Shown here: positions 18,631-28,456 of the stretch, piece by piece | Layout: every line of letters starts with the position of its first letter | Position numbering within the stretch: position 1 is the first letter of the stretch | NCBI GenBank assembly: GCA_042572295.1 | Contig: JBHPFA010000002.1 | Span: forward strand, 180 to 64,179 | Length of the DNA: 64,000 nucleotides | Source: Nanobdellota archaeon | GTDB taxonomy: Archaea > Nanobdellota > Nanobdellia > Pacearchaeales > JAHJTO01 | Reading direction: 5' to 3' | Notes under the pieces: generated by a model | What the model saw: only the letters and a program-made list of their open reading frames with translations | What the model was told of the DNA's origin: nothing | Database searches by the model: none | Position numbers and translations under genes: made by a program

Positions 18631-19735
18631 CCTTGCTTGCTATTTTATCCCAGGTTAAGTTAGAAGTAAATTTTTTAGCCCTTTTTCTCAAAAGGCCAAG
18701 TTTTCCATGATTATCTGAAGCATAAGTTATCTTCTTTGCAAGATCTTCAGAGTCCCCAATATCGAAAATAAACCCGTTTTTGCCATGTTTTACTAGTTCT
18801 TTTCCAGCCTTTGTAGAAGAGCTTATTACTACCTTCCCCGCAGCCATTGCCTCAATAAGAGACTGAGGCATCCCTTCCCTTTTACTCGGTAAAACGAATA
18901 TTCCTGCTTGAGACATAAGAGAAACCTTCTTCTTTAAAGAATAAACAGGCCCTAAGAACTTGACCCTTTTACCCAAATTTAATTCAGAGATCACTTCTTT
19001 TACAATTTTTCCATATTCTTCTTCTAATGGCCCTACTAATAGAAGCTTGGTTTTTTTGGGCAATAATGCCAACGCCCTAATTAGAGTAATAATGTCTTTT
19101 ATAGGAGCAATTCTTCCTAAAAAAAGAAGAGTGTTCTTATCACCCTTTTTGTTTGCTCTTAGAAACTCTTTATCAATCCCATTATAGATAGTGACTATGT
19201 TTTCTTTTTTTGCTTTTAGGCCTATAAGGAAGGGTTTTTCCCATTCAGTTATTGCAATTATCTTACTATAAGAATTCAGAATCGCTTTTCCCAATAGAAA
19301 ATCATATAGGGCAATTACTTTATTCAATAAACCACTTCTTAGGTCTTTTTCTACAAAAGGAGCATGAGTAGTCAATACTGCTTTTGCTTTGATTGATTTT
19401 GCTATAATTGGGAGGAATGTAGAATGGGGGTGCCTATAAACTTGTGAGTCGATTATGTCTGGTTTTAATTTGATTAATGAGGGAAGAAAATTCCAAAATA
19501 AGGTGCTCTCACCAAGAGATTTTCCAAGAAGCATTAATGCTGGAAATCTATGTATCTTTATTCCTTCAAACTTTTCATAATTTGAAGAAGTCTTATCAGT
19601 ATTTTTTATTAGGTTTGAAGAAAATACATGAACTTCATGACCTTTCCTTATCATTTCTTTTGCTACCTTATGTACCCTATTCCAGGTTCCACAAATACTT
19701 GGATGGCTAAATTGGCAAAAATATGCTATTTTCAT
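18605..19735 (-). CDS. GT4 (GT-B) glycosyltransferase
   Basis: 376 aa. Contains SKREGMPQSLIEAMAAGKVVISS (E-x7-E region). Confidence 0.8.
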   Translation of the reverse strand: MKIAYFCQFSHPSICGTWNRVHKVAKEMIRKGHEVHVFSSNLIKNTDKTSSNYEKFEGIKIHRFPALMLLGKSLGESTLFWNFLPSLIKLKPDIIDSQVYRHPHSTFLPIIAKSIKAKAVLTTHAPFVEKDLRSGLLNKVIALYDFLLGKAILNSYSKIIAITEWEKPFLIGLKAKKENIVTIYNGIDKEFLRANKKGDKNTLLFLGRIAPIKDIITLIRALALLPKKTKLLLVGPLEEEYGKIVKEVISELNLGKRVKFLGPVYSLKKKVSLMSQAGIFVLPSKREGMPQSLIEAMAAGKVVISSSTKAGKELVKHGKNGFIFDIGDSEDLAKKITYASDNHGKLGLLRKRAKKFTSNLTWDKIASKVEKVYKSL

Positions 19736-19841
19736 TTTTTTAATTGAGGGAATAATCTCACTAATTCTTATAAGAATAGGAAGTATTTATTCCTAACCTA
19801 TTATTAGCAATTACCTTTAAAAAGCTTCATTATTAGTTATT

Positions 19842-20885
19842 TTGATGAGATTGGGATACCTGTTAAAACAAGCAAGATACTATAAAAAATTAGAGGGAAG
19901 TATGAACAGAATGTTTATTAATTTTCTATTTGCGAGAACCCCTTTATCTAGACTCGTGAACACTCCAATGTATAATTGGATTTACAGAAAAAGAATGGAG
20001 AAGTTTACAAAAGGGCATAATCCAACTCTTCTTACTATTGAAAACACTAATGCTTGTAATGCTAAATGTATCATGTGCCCCCATAATAAAATGAAGAGGC
20101 CAGTAAAAATCATGAGCTTGAGGGACTTTAAAAAAGTGGTAGACAAAGTTATGAAGAGTTATCCAAAAATTAAGAGGCTTACTATAACTGGATTTGGAGA
20201 GACGACAGCAGATAAAGGCTTGGTGGAAAAAATAAAGTATGTTAATAAACATTATCCTAAATTAAAAATAGATTTTTTTACAAATGGATCCTTATTCACT
20301 AAAGAATTATCCGAGGCTATATTAAAAACAAGAGTGCATCGAATAAATTTTAGTATAAATGCTATGGAAAGGAATTATAAAAAAATAACTGGTCTTGATT
20401 ACAAAAAAGTTAGAAGCAATATATTATATTTTATTAAAAGAAAAAGAGAATTAAAAAAGGAATTTCCTTTAGTAAATTTCTCACTTATGATACTCAAGGA
20501 AAATGTGGACGATATTGAAGACTTCATAAAATTATGGACTCCTTACGGAGATTCTGTAATGACCTACTTGCCTCTTGATTGGGCGAGTAATAAGAAAATA
20601 GAGACTGTAGAAAATCCTATTCAAAATAAGAAAAAATGGGCTTGCATCCCTTTGTGGCAAAGTGTGAGTGTTGATGCTGAAGGAAATGTGATTATGTGTT
20701 GTCAAGATTATGAATCTAGAGTTAAATTTGGAAATGTACTCAAACAGCCAATAAAAGAAATAATGAATAGTCCAAAATTCGAAAAAATAAGAGAATTACA
20801 TAAAAAAGGTAATTATTCAATGCCAGTTTGTAATACTTGTGATAATTGGGTCAATTCTAGTTTATGGTGGTGGGCACCTAATTAA
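19842..20885 (+). CDS. Radical SAM enzyme with C-terminal Cys-rich (SPASM/twitch-like) extension
   Basis: ENTNACNAKCIMCPH provides CxxxCxxC. The C-terminal cysteines are WACIP, MCCQDY and PVCNTCDNW. ATG 19845 lies ~25 nt after CCTTTAAAAAGC. Confidence 0.7.
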   Translation: MMRLGYLLKQARYYKKLEGSMNRMFINFLFARTPLSRLVNTPMYNWIYRKRMEKFTKGHNPTLLTIENTNACNAKCIMCPHNKMKRPVKIMSLRDFKKVVDKVMKSYPKIKRLTITGFGETTADKGLVEKIKYVNKHYPKLKIDFFTNGSLFTKELSEAILKTRVHRINFSINAMERNYKKITGLDYKKVRSNILYFIKRKRELKKEFPLVNFSLMILKENVDDIEDFIKLWTPYGDSVMTYLPLDWASNKKIETVENPIQNKKKWACIPLWQSVSVDAEGNVIMCCQDYESRVKFGNVLKQPIKEIMNSPKFEKIRELHKKGNYSMPVCNTCDNWVNSSLWWWAPN

Positions 20886-21643
20886 TTCTTTCTTGCAATA
20901 AGTACAAGAGAGTAACTAAAATAAGAATCTAGAAAAGAGCCCCTTTCTTTTTTAAGTCTTTTATAATTTCTATTCTTTCTTGTCAGTAAAAGAAATGGAT
21001 TAACATATCTAAAAGATTTGAAAAAAGAGTCTCCAATGAACTTTATTTTCCTGAGATTTAATCTTAAAGCTATTTTTTTGAGTTCTAGTCTAGAAAAAGG
21101 ATATTCTTCCCCATATTTCCATTTTTTAATTAATTGTAAAAGAGTTTTATGTAACCTATAAGGGAAACACCACTTATTTGGAACAGAAATTACAATCATT
21201 CCCTTATCATTTACCAAGTCTAAATGGGATTTAATGACTAAAGTTCTCTCTTTTCCTATAAAATGTTCTGCAAGTCCAAAAGATAAAGAAAGATCATACT
21301 TCCCTTTTAATTTAGGAGATAGTTTAAGAGCATCTGCTAAAAGAAAATTGGCCTTACACTTATTTCGCTTAAAGAATTCTTTGCTTCTTTCAAGAGCTTT
21401 TTTTGAATAGTCCAGTATAGTTACTTTAGATCCTTTCTTTGCAAATAATAAGGCATTTGTCCCCCCACCAGCACCTACTTCGATGACTTTTAAATTCTTG
21501 AAGGTCCCAAAATTTTTTAGAACTTCTTTTTCGATCCTTTGCCACCTTATCCCTTTCTCTTCTCTAATCAAATTATATCTATCTTCTTCTTCAGAAGTCT
21601 CTTTCCAAAGAGAATCCCAAAGTTGTGGAGTATTTTTTTGCAT
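20882..21643 (-). CDS. Class I SAM-dependent methyltransferase
   Basis: Motif I is VIEVGAGGGTNALLFAKKGSKVTILDYS. Confidence 0.7.
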   Translation of the reverse strand: MQKNTPQLWDSLWKETSEEEDRYNLIREEKGIRWQRIEKEVLKNFGTFKNLKVIEVGAGGGTNALLFAKKGSKVTILDYSKKALERSKEFFKRNKCKANFLLADALKLSPKLKGKYDLSLSFGLAEHFIGKERTLVIKSHLDLVNDKGMIVISVPNKWCFPYRLHKTLLQLIKKWKYGEEYPFSRLELKKIALRLNLRKIKFIGDSFFKSFRYVNPFLLLTRKNRNYKRLKKERGSFLDSYFSYSLVLIARKN

Positions 21644-21667
21644 ATTTAATAATTAAAAATTAAGTAT

Positions 21668-22285
21668 TTAAATTTTTTTAGCCACTGCTAAAAAGTTATT
21701 TGATCCAAACCAATCAATATCAAAAGCTTTTATTGGAAAAAACCTCCAAAGATAAGGAACATTCTTAAAATTCCTTACTTTAATCACCTTAAATCCTGCC
21801 ATATTTAAGGCCATTACCATGCTCCTCTTAGTAAATGGAGACTTGTGTGTGGGATCATTATAAAAATCATTAAAATTCTTATTCCAATCTGGAGTCAAAA
21901 GAAATATCTTTCCTCCTTTCTTTAAGCATCTATTGGCCTCTTTTAAAAAATCTAAAGGCTCTTTTAAATGTTCTATAATGGACTTTGCAAAAAAGAAATC
22001 AATCTCTCCTTGTTTAAATGGAAATTTAGATTGATCCAAGTTTATCTTTTTACACTCAACACCCTTAGATCTCAATCTATCAAAATAAAAAGAGTCTTTA
22101 TCTAAGACAGTTACCTTGTAACCTTTTTTTTGAAATGCTAGAGAATTACTCCCATTTCCAGAGCCCACATCACAAAGTTTTCCAGGTCTCTTAAAGAATC
22201 TTTTATGAACCCATCCTGCAAAAAGAGCCTCAAAATGAGTATTAGTGGCATTTGCTTTCAAATTTTGATGATTATAACTCTCCAT
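21668..22285 (-). CDS. Class I SAM-dependent methyltransferase
   Basis: Motif I is LCDVGSGNGSNSLAFQKKGYKVTVLD, with a downstream IIEHL. Confidence 0.7.
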   Translation of the reverse strand: MESYNHQNLKANATNTHFEALFAGWVHKRFFKRPGKLCDVGSGNGSNSLAFQKKGYKVTVLDKDSFYFDRLRSKGVECKKINLDQSKFPFKQGEIDFFFAKSIIEHLKEPLDFLKEANRCLKKGGKIFLLTPDWNKNFNDFYNDPTHKSPFTKRSMVMALNMAGFKVIKVRNFKNVPYLWRFFPIKAFDIDWFGSNNFLAVAKKI

Positions 22286-22296
22286 TTTATTGAAAA

Positions 22297-23625
22297 TCAG
22301 GGTATTAATCTTTCGTCTAGCAATTTATAGGCCAAATCCTGGTAATGTAAAAGCTCAGGAATAGTTACGCTTGATAAGTTTATTTCAGTTTTATCATAAT
22401 AAGTTGTTTTTTCCATTTGTTCTAAATCGTCTGGATCAAGCAAGCCTTTTTCAACAGCCATCCTGTAAGCTTCTGTGCCTGGAACTGGAGTTAATAACAT
22501 GAATTTCATTTGTTCAGTGTTTAATTCCTTAGCAAAGTCTAAAGTTTGTTGAAGGGTTTCATGAGTGTCTCCAGGTAAGCCCAAAACATAACTAGTAGTT
22601 ATTGGAACTCCTTCATCTTTTAGAATCTTTACAGCATTTCTTATTTCATCTTTAGTTTCTTTCTTTTTTATTACTTTAAGCATCTCCTCATTTCCAGTTT
22701 CTACACCTATTGCTGCTGAAAGGCACCCTGATTCTTTCAGAGTATGTGCTAATTCTTGATTAACAGAATCTGCCCTAATCTGTACAATATATTTCATATT
22801 CAAACCTGAAGAGATCATCCTCTTGCCAAGTTCTATTGCTCTTTGAGGTTTAACTGCAAATTGATCATCATAGAAATAAAGGTTGTTTATGCCCTTCTTA
22901 GAAAGTGTCCCGAATTCTTCGATTACATTATCAATAGAGTGGAATCTTAATTTACGCTCCCAGGTAACCTTAGAAGCACAAAAAATACAGTCATAAGGGC
23001 AACCCCTTGTTGTAAAGATTCCTGCATGTGGCTCTTCTCCAAAAAATGCAGGGTCCTTATATTTCTTTAAGTCTAACAAATCCCAAGCAGGGCGTGGCAA
23101 TGCATCCAAATCTTTAATAAAAGCTGTTTTTGGATTAGTCATTACCTTGCCATTTTCTTTATATGCCAAATTGGGCGTTTTGGTGACATCTTGCTTAGAT
23201 TCTAAAGAGTTTAACAATTTTAAGAAAGCTTCTTCTCCTTCTCCAAGAATACCATAATCAATACCCTCATATTTGCAATCTTGGGGCCTTCCAGTAATAT
23301 GTGGACCCCCAACCATGGTTACTAGATCTTTATTGGCTTTTTTTAAGTCTCTACAAATCCTTGTAATAGTTGGAAAACGTGGAGTTAATGTAGAAAATCC
23401 TACATATTTTGCATTTTTAGATAATATCTTTTCAGCTACTTGAGGAATACTCTTGAAATCATATAATTCTAGATCTAAAACTTCTGGTTCATAAGCTCCC
23501 TTTTCTCTAATATAAGAACTTAACAGGGCTAGATTTGTTGGAGTTCTTAAAACTCCTTGTTTTTTCCATTGTTCTGATTTGTATAAGTTTGGAGCCCTTA
23601 CAAGCAATACTTTCTCCCTATCCAT
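22297..23625 (-). CDS. B12-binding-domain radical SAM enzyme (class B)
   Basis: An N-terminal B12-type domain (VGFSTLTPRF...MVGGPHITG) is followed by TTRGCPYDCIFCAS. Confidence 0.8.
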   Translation of the reverse strand: MDREKVLLVRAPNLYKSEQWKKQGVLRTPTNLALLSSYIREKGAYEPEVLDLELYDFKSIPQVAEKILSKNAKYVGFSTLTPRFPTITRICRDLKKANKDLVTMVGGPHITGRPQDCKYEGIDYGILGEGEEAFLKLLNSLESKQDVTKTPNLAYKENGKVMTNPKTAFIKDLDALPRPAWDLLDLKKYKDPAFFGEEPHAGIFTTRGCPYDCIFCASKVTWERKLRFHSIDNVIEEFGTLSKKGINNLYFYDDQFAVKPQRAIELGKRMISSGLNMKYIVQIRADSVNQELAHTLKESGCLSAAIGVETGNEEMLKVIKKKETKDEIRNAVKILKDEGVPITTSYVLGLPGDTHETLQQTLDFAKELNTEQMKFMLLTPVPGTEAYRMAVEKGLLDPDDLEQMEKTTYYDKTEINLSSVTIPELLHYQDLAYKLLDERLIP

Positions 23626-23700
23626 AAATTAAAATCTGAAAAGAGGTTATTTAAGCATTTCTATAGTAAAGACTAAATACCTTCTTTTTCTAAAATCGAT

Positions 23701-24564
23701 ATGAAAATTGAAGGATTAGGTAGGATTTACATAATCCATTATGTGAAACTAAAAGAAAGACGTGATTATTTGGAAAAAAGGCTCAATGAATTGGGTTTAG
23801 GAAAATATGCCCATTGGATTCTTATGACTAAAAATGGGAGATTTACAAAAAAAGAGTTGGCCATACATGATCCAAGTAAAAAGGCCTTGAAAGAAAGGGA
23901 GAAGATATTAGAAATGGTGCTTCCAAAAATTGGTGAGATAGATAAGATTATGATGTTGCAACATATCCAGATTATGAAAATGATTGCTCAAAGGAAAAAT
24001 GATAAGATTTCCATGGTTCTTGAAGATGATGCTCTTCTCTCAGATGATTTTCCATTAAAATTAAGCCATGCGATTAAAAAGCTTAGAGAAATAAAATGGG
24101 ATATTTGTTATTCTGATCAAGGATCTGCTTTAGTGGAGCCCAAAGTTCAAAGAAAGAAAGGGGAAAGAGTTTCTTTATATAACCCTCCAAATAAAATGGC
24201 AAATACAACTGGATCTTATCTGATAACTCCAAAATCTGCTAAGAAATTCTTGAAACTTATGAAAAAAATAACAATAGGTCCAGATCTTGAATTGAGTTAT
24301 ACTCAGAAAAAATATGGATTGAAGGTTTATTGGACTGTTCCTTTCCTTACCCACCAAGGTTCAATTGAAATGATCTATGATTCTAATGTAAGAAAGAGCT
24401 CTTTGTTTAGTGTGGGCTTAAAATTCATTAAAAAAATAGAAAGAATAAGCCCTTTTTGTGCTAACGGAATGAGACATTTACTCAAAAGAATTATGGATTT
24501 ATTATATAAGTCTAGATTTCTTCTCTGGGTGAAGGACAAACTAAAAAAGGTTTTGAGATACTAA
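23701..24564 (+). CDS. GT25-family glycosyltransferase (LOS/LPS-type)
   Basis: IYIIHYVKLKERRDYLEKRLNELGL and MVLEDDALLSDDF fit the GT25 pattern. Confidence 0.55.
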   Translation: MKIEGLGRIYIIHYVKLKERRDYLEKRLNELGLGKYAHWILMTKNGRFTKKELAIHDPSKKALKEREKILEMVLPKIGEIDKIMMLQHIQIMKMIAQRKNDKISMVLEDDALLSDDFPLKLSHAIKKLREIKWDICYSDQGSALVEPKVQRKKGERVSLYNPPNKMANTTGSYLITPKSAKKFLKLMKKITIGPDLELSYTQKKYGLKVYWTVPFLTHQGSIEMIYDSNVRKSSLFSVGLKFIKKIERISPFCANGMRHLLKRIMDLLYKSRFLLWVKDKLKKVLRY

Positions 24565-24612
24565 TTTTACATTACAGCTAAATTTAAATAGTGTTGTTAA
24601 GAGTAGTTTTTT

Positions 24613-25551
24613 ATGAAAGTATTAGTAACTGGATCATCTGGATTCTTAGGAAGACACTTAACAAAAAAGCTTGAATCTGAAGGACAGGAAGTTGTTGCAT
24701 TAAACAGTAAAGAATGTGACTTAACTCAACAAGGTTCTTTGGAAAGAAAGCTAGAAGGATCCAAATTTGAACATATATACCACTTAGCAACCTATACACG
24801 TGCAGGGCCTTTTTGTGCGAAACATCCTGGAGAAATGTGGGTAAGGAATCAAAAGATAGACACAAATGCTTTAGATTTTTGGAGAGAAAAACAGCCTCAA
24901 GCAAAAATGACTGCAATAGGAAGTAGTTGTGCATATGACCCTTCCTTACCTTTTGTAGAAGAGAATTACCTTAAAGGAACTCCTCTGGGTAATTTTTTTA
25001 GTTATGGTAATTCTAAAAGAATGCTTCTAGTAGGTTTACAATCATTGAATAAAGAATTTGGTTTGAAATATAATTGTCCAATACCTACAACCCTATATGG
25101 TCCAGACTATCATTTAGATGGAAGACCACTTCATTTTGTTTATGATTTAATGAGAAAAATAATAAGAGCAAAAAAGAATCCAGATAAACCAGTGGTTTTA
25201 TGGGGAGATGGTAGCCAAGAAAGAGAAATAATTCATGTTAATGATTTTATTAATATTATGGAAGGTGTAGACTCTAAAGAAGAGAATCAATTGTACAATT
25301 TAGGATCTGGTAAGGGATACACTATAAAAGATTTTGCTCAAATGATTTGTGGAGAAGTAGGATATGATTTTTCTGAGGTCCAGTTTGATACAACAAAAAA
25401 TGTGGGTGCAAAATCTAAAGTCTTCCCACTTGATAAGATGAAAAAACTTTATGGCAAGGAATATCAAGAAAAAGATATGTCAGAAGGGATAAAAGAGTCT
25501 GTTTCTTGGATGCTTGAACATAAAGATCATTTTCTAAGCAATTATGATTAA
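24613..25551 (+). CDS. SDR-family NDP-sugar epimerase/reductase (GDP-L-fucose synthase-like)
   Basis: MKVLVTGSSGFLGRHL is the Rossmann motif. YGNSKRM is the YxxxK motif. TTLYGPDYH resembles Fcl/WcaG-type 3,5-epimerase-4-reductases. Confidence 0.7.
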   Translation: MKVLVTGSSGFLGRHLTKKLESEGQEVVALNSKECDLTQQGSLERKLEGSKFEHIYHLATYTRAGPFCAKHPGEMWVRNQKIDTNALDFWREKQPQAKMTAIGSSCAYDPSLPFVEENYLKGTPLGNFFSYGNSKRMLLVGLQSLNKEFGLKYNCPIPTTLYGPDYHLDGRPLHFVYDLMRKIIRAKKNPDKPVVLWGDGSQEREIIHVNDFINIMEGVDSKEENQLYNLGSGKGYTIKDFAQMICGEVGYDFSEVQFDTTKNVGAKSKVFPLDKMKKLYGKEYQEKDMSEGIKESVSWMLEHKDHFLSNYD

Positions 25552-25553
25552 AT

Positions 25554-26282
25554 TCATAATTTAGATATAACCTTTCTAATAAGTTCTAGGTCTTTGTCAG
25601 TTTTTTCTATAGACTTGGTTACTTCAAGAGTGATATCTGCATCTTTTGGTAAGATTGAAAAGACTTTTTCCAAATCAACATCAGAATCTGAAAAATCCTG
25701 ATGTTCTTTATATGGTGAAAATTTTTGCCCACCTAAATGAAAATGTGCAGGCTTTAGTGCTATTAATTCTTTTAATACCGAAATATAATCAAGATCTTGA
25801 CTTAAGGCATAATTGATTGCATGGTTGATATCTAAACAAAAATCCTTTCCAGTATTTTGAAGAAAAGGCACTATTTGTTTTGGAGAGGAAAAAAAGGATG
25901 TCCTCCCCTTCAAATTCATGGCGTTATTATTCTCAATTAAAATTCGCTTATCTGTTAGAACGTTTAATAGCTTAGAAGACTGTTCCATTGAACAATTAGG
26001 ATTTTGGATTAAGCCTGGATGAAGGATTATCTTATCTGATTTACAAGAATCTGCTAATTTTATCGCAAAATTGAAAGCTTCTAAATTAAAGGCTTCTTTT
26101 TCTTTATCTGAAGCATTTACTTCAAAGCTCTCATGCATAGAATGTATGATTATTGGTATTTTAACCCCTTTGAGAAAGTCAAAATTATCTGAAGAAGAGG
26201 CCATAATCTCAATAAAGTCTGCTTTTGTCTTAAAATACTCTATAAATGGAGGGTCATAATAGGATTTAACACCGATTCTCAT
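25554..26282 (-). CDS. Xylose-isomerase-like TIM-barrel protein (sugar/sugar-phosphate isomerase or epimerase candidate)
   Basis: 242 aa with an alternating beta/alpha pattern. IILHPG, ILIEN and HFHLGG are strand-end His/Glu motifs reminiscent of the AP-endonuclease-2/xylose-isomerase TIM family. The call is weak. Confidence 0.4.
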   Translation of the reverse strand: MRIGVKSYYDPPFIEYFKTKADFIEIMASSSDNFDFLKGVKIPIIIHSMHESFEVNASDKEKEAFNLEAFNFAIKLADSCKSDKIILHPGLIQNPNCSMEQSSKLLNVLTDKRILIENNNAMNLKGRTSFFSSPKQIVPFLQNTGKDFCLDINHAINYALSQDLDYISVLKELIALKPAHFHLGGQKFSPYKEHQDFSDSDVDLEKVFSILPKDADITLEVTKSIEKTDKDLELIRKVISKL

Positions 26283-26392
26283 AACTCCATTTATTAGACC
26301 ATCTTTTTAAATATAGAGTATAGAGTTTATAGTTTAAGACATATAATAAGGGACAATAATGTTTAAAAGTAAAAATTCGGCTTTATTCCTTA

Positions 26393-26962
26393 ATGGCTGA
26401 GTCAATTGAATCAAAATTGAAGGGTTTTGAAACCGGGCTAAAGGGAGTATACTTATTTAAGCCCTATTTATTTAGAGACTTTAGAGGGGCTTATTCTGAA
26501 ACTTTTAATGAGAGGGATTACTCAAGAGAAATAAAGAAAGTTACAGGTAAGGAAGTAAAATTTGTCCAAGATAGCCTTTCTCGTAGCTTTAAGAACGTTC
26601 TAAGAGGGATACATGGGGATGACAAGACTTGGAAGCTTATAAGCTGCCCAATGGGTAGAATGTACACTGTAATTGTAAATTGTGATAAAAAGGATAAAGA
26701 TTACGGGAAGTGGCAATCTTTTGATTTGTCTCAGGAAACCATGTCCCAAGTTTTAGTGCCTCCAAAATTTGGTACATCACACATTGTTTTAAGTGATTGG
26801 GCAGTTTTTCAATATAAACAATCTACATACTATGATCCTAAGAATTTGAAGCAATTCACTTATAGGTATGATCATCCAGAATTCAATATTTGGTGGCCAA
26901 TTAAAAAACCAATATTATCCAAAAGAGATGAGCAGGCTAATACAGATCTTGCTGGAAAATAA
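26393..26962 (+). CDS. RmlC-like cupin NDP-4-keto-6-deoxy-sugar 3,5-epimerase
   Basis: FRDFRGAYSETFNERDY, VQDSLSRSFKNVLRGIHGD and KLISCPMGRMYTVIV follow the dTDP-4-dehydrorhamnose 3,5-epimerase pattern. Confidence 0.8.
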   Translation: MAESIESKLKGFETGLKGVYLFKPYLFRDFRGAYSETFNERDYSREIKKVTGKEVKFVQDSLSRSFKNVLRGIHGDDKTWKLISCPMGRMYTVIVNCDKKDKDYGKWQSFDLSQETMSQVLVPPKFGTSHIVLSDWAVFQYKQSTYYDPKNLKQFTYRYDHPEFNIWWPIKKPILSKRDEQANTDLAGK

Positions 26963-26973
26963 AGGAAAAGATT

Positions 26974-27912
26974 ATGGCAGAAAAGGTTCTAATAACTGGA
27001 GGAGCAGGTTATCTAGGTAGTGTTCTAAGCGAGCACCTCTTAAAAAAAGACTATGAAGTGACTTGTCTCGACAATTTAATGTACAGACAAAATTCTGTTC
27101 TAAATCTTACTAGTAATTCTAAATTTAATTTTATTTATGGAGATTCTAGGGATAAGGAGTTATTGAAGGAATTAATTCCAAAAAATGATGTTTTAATCCC
27201 CTTAGCAGCCATAGTTGGGGCAGGGGCTTGTAAAATAAGACATTTTGAAGCTGAAACAACTAATCTTGAAGCAGTTGTTAAAATGAATGATCTTAGGAGT
27301 AAAAATCAAAAATTAATTTATCCTACTACCAATAGTGGATATGGAATTACTACTGGAGAAAAATTTTGTACTGAAGAAACCCCCTTAAGCCCAATCTCCC
27401 ATTATGGTAGGACAAAAGTTGGGGCCGAAAAAGCAATACTAGATTCAGATAAAAAAGGAGTTACCTTTAGATTAGCTACAGTTTTTGGAGTTTCTCCAAA
27501 GATGAGAACTGATTTATTAGTTAACGATTTTGTATTGAGGGCAATAAGAGATAGGTTCTTAGGATTATTCGAACCACATTTTATGAGAAATTATATCCAC
27601 GTTAGAGATGTTGCAAGAGCATTTGAACATGCTATCGAAAAATATGACACTATGGACGGAGCATATAATGTCGGAGATGACAAAATTAACATGTCAAAAC
27701 TTCAACTTGCTAAAAGAATAAAAGAACATCTACCTAACTTAGAGATTTCTGAAATGGGGGGTAGTGATCCTGATAAAAGAAATTATATAGTCTCTAATGA
27801 AAAAATAAAAAAGACTGGATTTGATTGTAAGATTAGTTTAGACGATGGTATAAAAGAATTAATTAAAGCTTATGAGATACTTCTCAAATTAGATCCTACA
27901 AAAAATAATTAA
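26974..27912 (+). CDS. SDR-family NDP-sugar epimerase/dehydratase/reductase
   Basis: KVLITGGAGYLGSVLSEHLL (GxxGxxG) and HYGRTKVGAE (YxxxK). Confidence 0.75.
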   Translation: MAEKVLITGGAGYLGSVLSEHLLKKDYEVTCLDNLMYRQNSVLNLTSNSKFNFIYGDSRDKELLKELIPKNDVLIPLAAIVGAGACKIRHFEAETTNLEAVVKMNDLRSKNQKLIYPTTNSGYGITTGEKFCTEETPLSPISHYGRTKVGAEKAILDSDKKGVTFRLATVFGVSPKMRTDLLVNDFVLRAIRDRFLGLFEPHFMRNYIHVRDVARAFEHAIEKYDTMDGAYNVGDDKINMSKLQLAKRIKEHLPNLEISEMGGSDPDKRNYIVSNEKIKKTGFDCKISLDDGIKELIKAYEILLKLDPTKNN

Positions 27913-27913
27913 T

Positions 27914-28456
27914 ATGGCTCGTGCAATTTTTTTAGATAGAGATGGAGTAGTATGTGAAGACACTAATATGTTTTACCAAGGAACCCCCCTCTTAAAACCA
28001 GAAGATTTCAAATGGATTCCTGGATCAAAAGAAGCATTAAAATTGCTTTCTAACTTAGAATTTAAAGTTGCTTTAGTTACAAATCAATCCATAATAAATA
28101 AAGGCCTTCTTAGCGAAGAAGAATTCTTGAAAACTAATAATTCCCTTTATGGGGAAATGTCAAAAAATAATATAAATATAGAAAGAATTTATTATTGTAA
28201 GCATACTCCTAAAGAAAATTGTGAATGTAGGAAACCAAAAATAGGACTATTAATCCAGGCAGAAAAAGAATTGGGAGTTTCTCTTAAAGATTGTTATGTT
28301 ATTGGAGACAAAACTTCTGATATAAAAATGGGGGAAGATGCTGGTTGTAAAACGATTCTCGTTAAAACAGGATATGGAGGTAGAGATGACTCTTTCGAGG
28401 TAAATCCAGATTTTATAATGGATAACCTTTATGAAGCCATTAAGATATTAAAATGA
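27914..28456 (+). CDS. gmhB: D-glycero-D-manno-heptose 1,7-bisphosphate phosphatase (GmhB, HAD family)
   Basis: AIFLDRDGVV is HAD motif I. VTNQS, the Zn-site-like CKHTPKENCECRKPKIGLL and GDKTSDIKMGEDAGC complete the match. 180 aa is the typical GmhB size. Confidence 0.8.
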   Translation: MARAIFLDRDGVVCEDTNMFYQGTPLLKPEDFKWIPGSKEALKLLSNLEFKVALVTNQSIINKGLLSEEEFLKTNNSLYGEMSKNNINIERIYYCKHTPKENCECRKPKIGLLIQAEKELGVSLKDCYVIGDKTSDIKMGEDAGCKTILVKTGYGGRDDSFEVNPDFIMDNLYEAIKILK

